A stretch of DNA of 63,140 nucleotides, the filler included, from Reticulomyxa filosa (lineage: Eukaryota > Protista > Foraminifera), in the NCBI GenBank assembly GCA_000512085.1. It is 20 parts of 20 records of this genome, joined end to end, with 100 filler letters (N's around TTAATTAATTAA, not from the genome) between each part and the next. Parts side by side here need not be neighbours in the genome. Positions count along the whole stretch, not along the records: positions 59,493 to 63,140 come from ASPP01003021.1; 19 more parts are not named here. One strand, written 5' to 3'. Positions 62,920 through 63,140 of the stretch are shown here, piece by piece (the first letter of the stretch is position 1; each line of letters begins with the position of its first letter). The position numbers and the translations under genes are program-made. Below the pieces are notes generated by a model, which worked only from the letters and a program-made list of their open reading frames with translations, was not told where the DNA came from and searched no databases.

Positions 62920-63140
62920 TTTTTTTTGTCAAATAAGAAATAGAAGTGTTTTTGTTTGAAAAGTTTGATTGAAATAAAAGTCATGTGATATTAAACTTAT
63001 TTGATTTGATTAAATGCAAGTATTGAAAAATGTGTCCTATCTTACTTTGTTGTTTAAAAAAATTGAAAAAGCTTTATTCAATATTTTTAAAAAAATTGAA
63101 CAGCATAACTAATGAAAATTGTATTCAAATATCAAAATAA

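Overview
This window is not one locus. It is 20 unlinked short contigs joined by 19 identical artificial 100-nt linkers (44 N + TTAATTAATTAA + 44 N, giving stops in all six frames). Nineteen contigs are AT-rich, intron-containing eukaryotic DNA. A foraminiferan such as Reticulomyxa is inferred from a Retaria-type alpha-2 tubulin remnant and hugely expanded, decaying WD40, RING/TRAF and CAP-Gly families. Recognisable genes or fragments: SERCA Ca2+-ATPase, a three-CNB PKG-like kinase, RhoGAP, an RNF213-like AAA+/RZ-finger E3, TBCD, two HSPA12-like atypical Hsp70s (one apparently fused to an N-terminal vWA domain), a kinesin-3-like tail with FHA and ubiquitin-like domains, cytoplasmic dynein heavy chain, a Tudor/chromo-barrel protein and many pseudogenes. 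One contig (55319-56925) is GC-rich bacterial DNA (HDOD protein, RNB ribonuclease, terminator). The most interesting observations: (i) two ~140-bp foldback elements sharing a CGGCAC...GTGCCG hairpin core, (ii) the vWA-HSPA12 fusion head-to-head with a second HSPA12, (iii) the RZ-finger RNF213-like protein, (iv) a PKG-like kinase with cAMP-type binding cassettes, and (v) G-to-C polarity in long exons and T-to-A polarity in introns. All family calls come from motif recognition by eye, not database searches.
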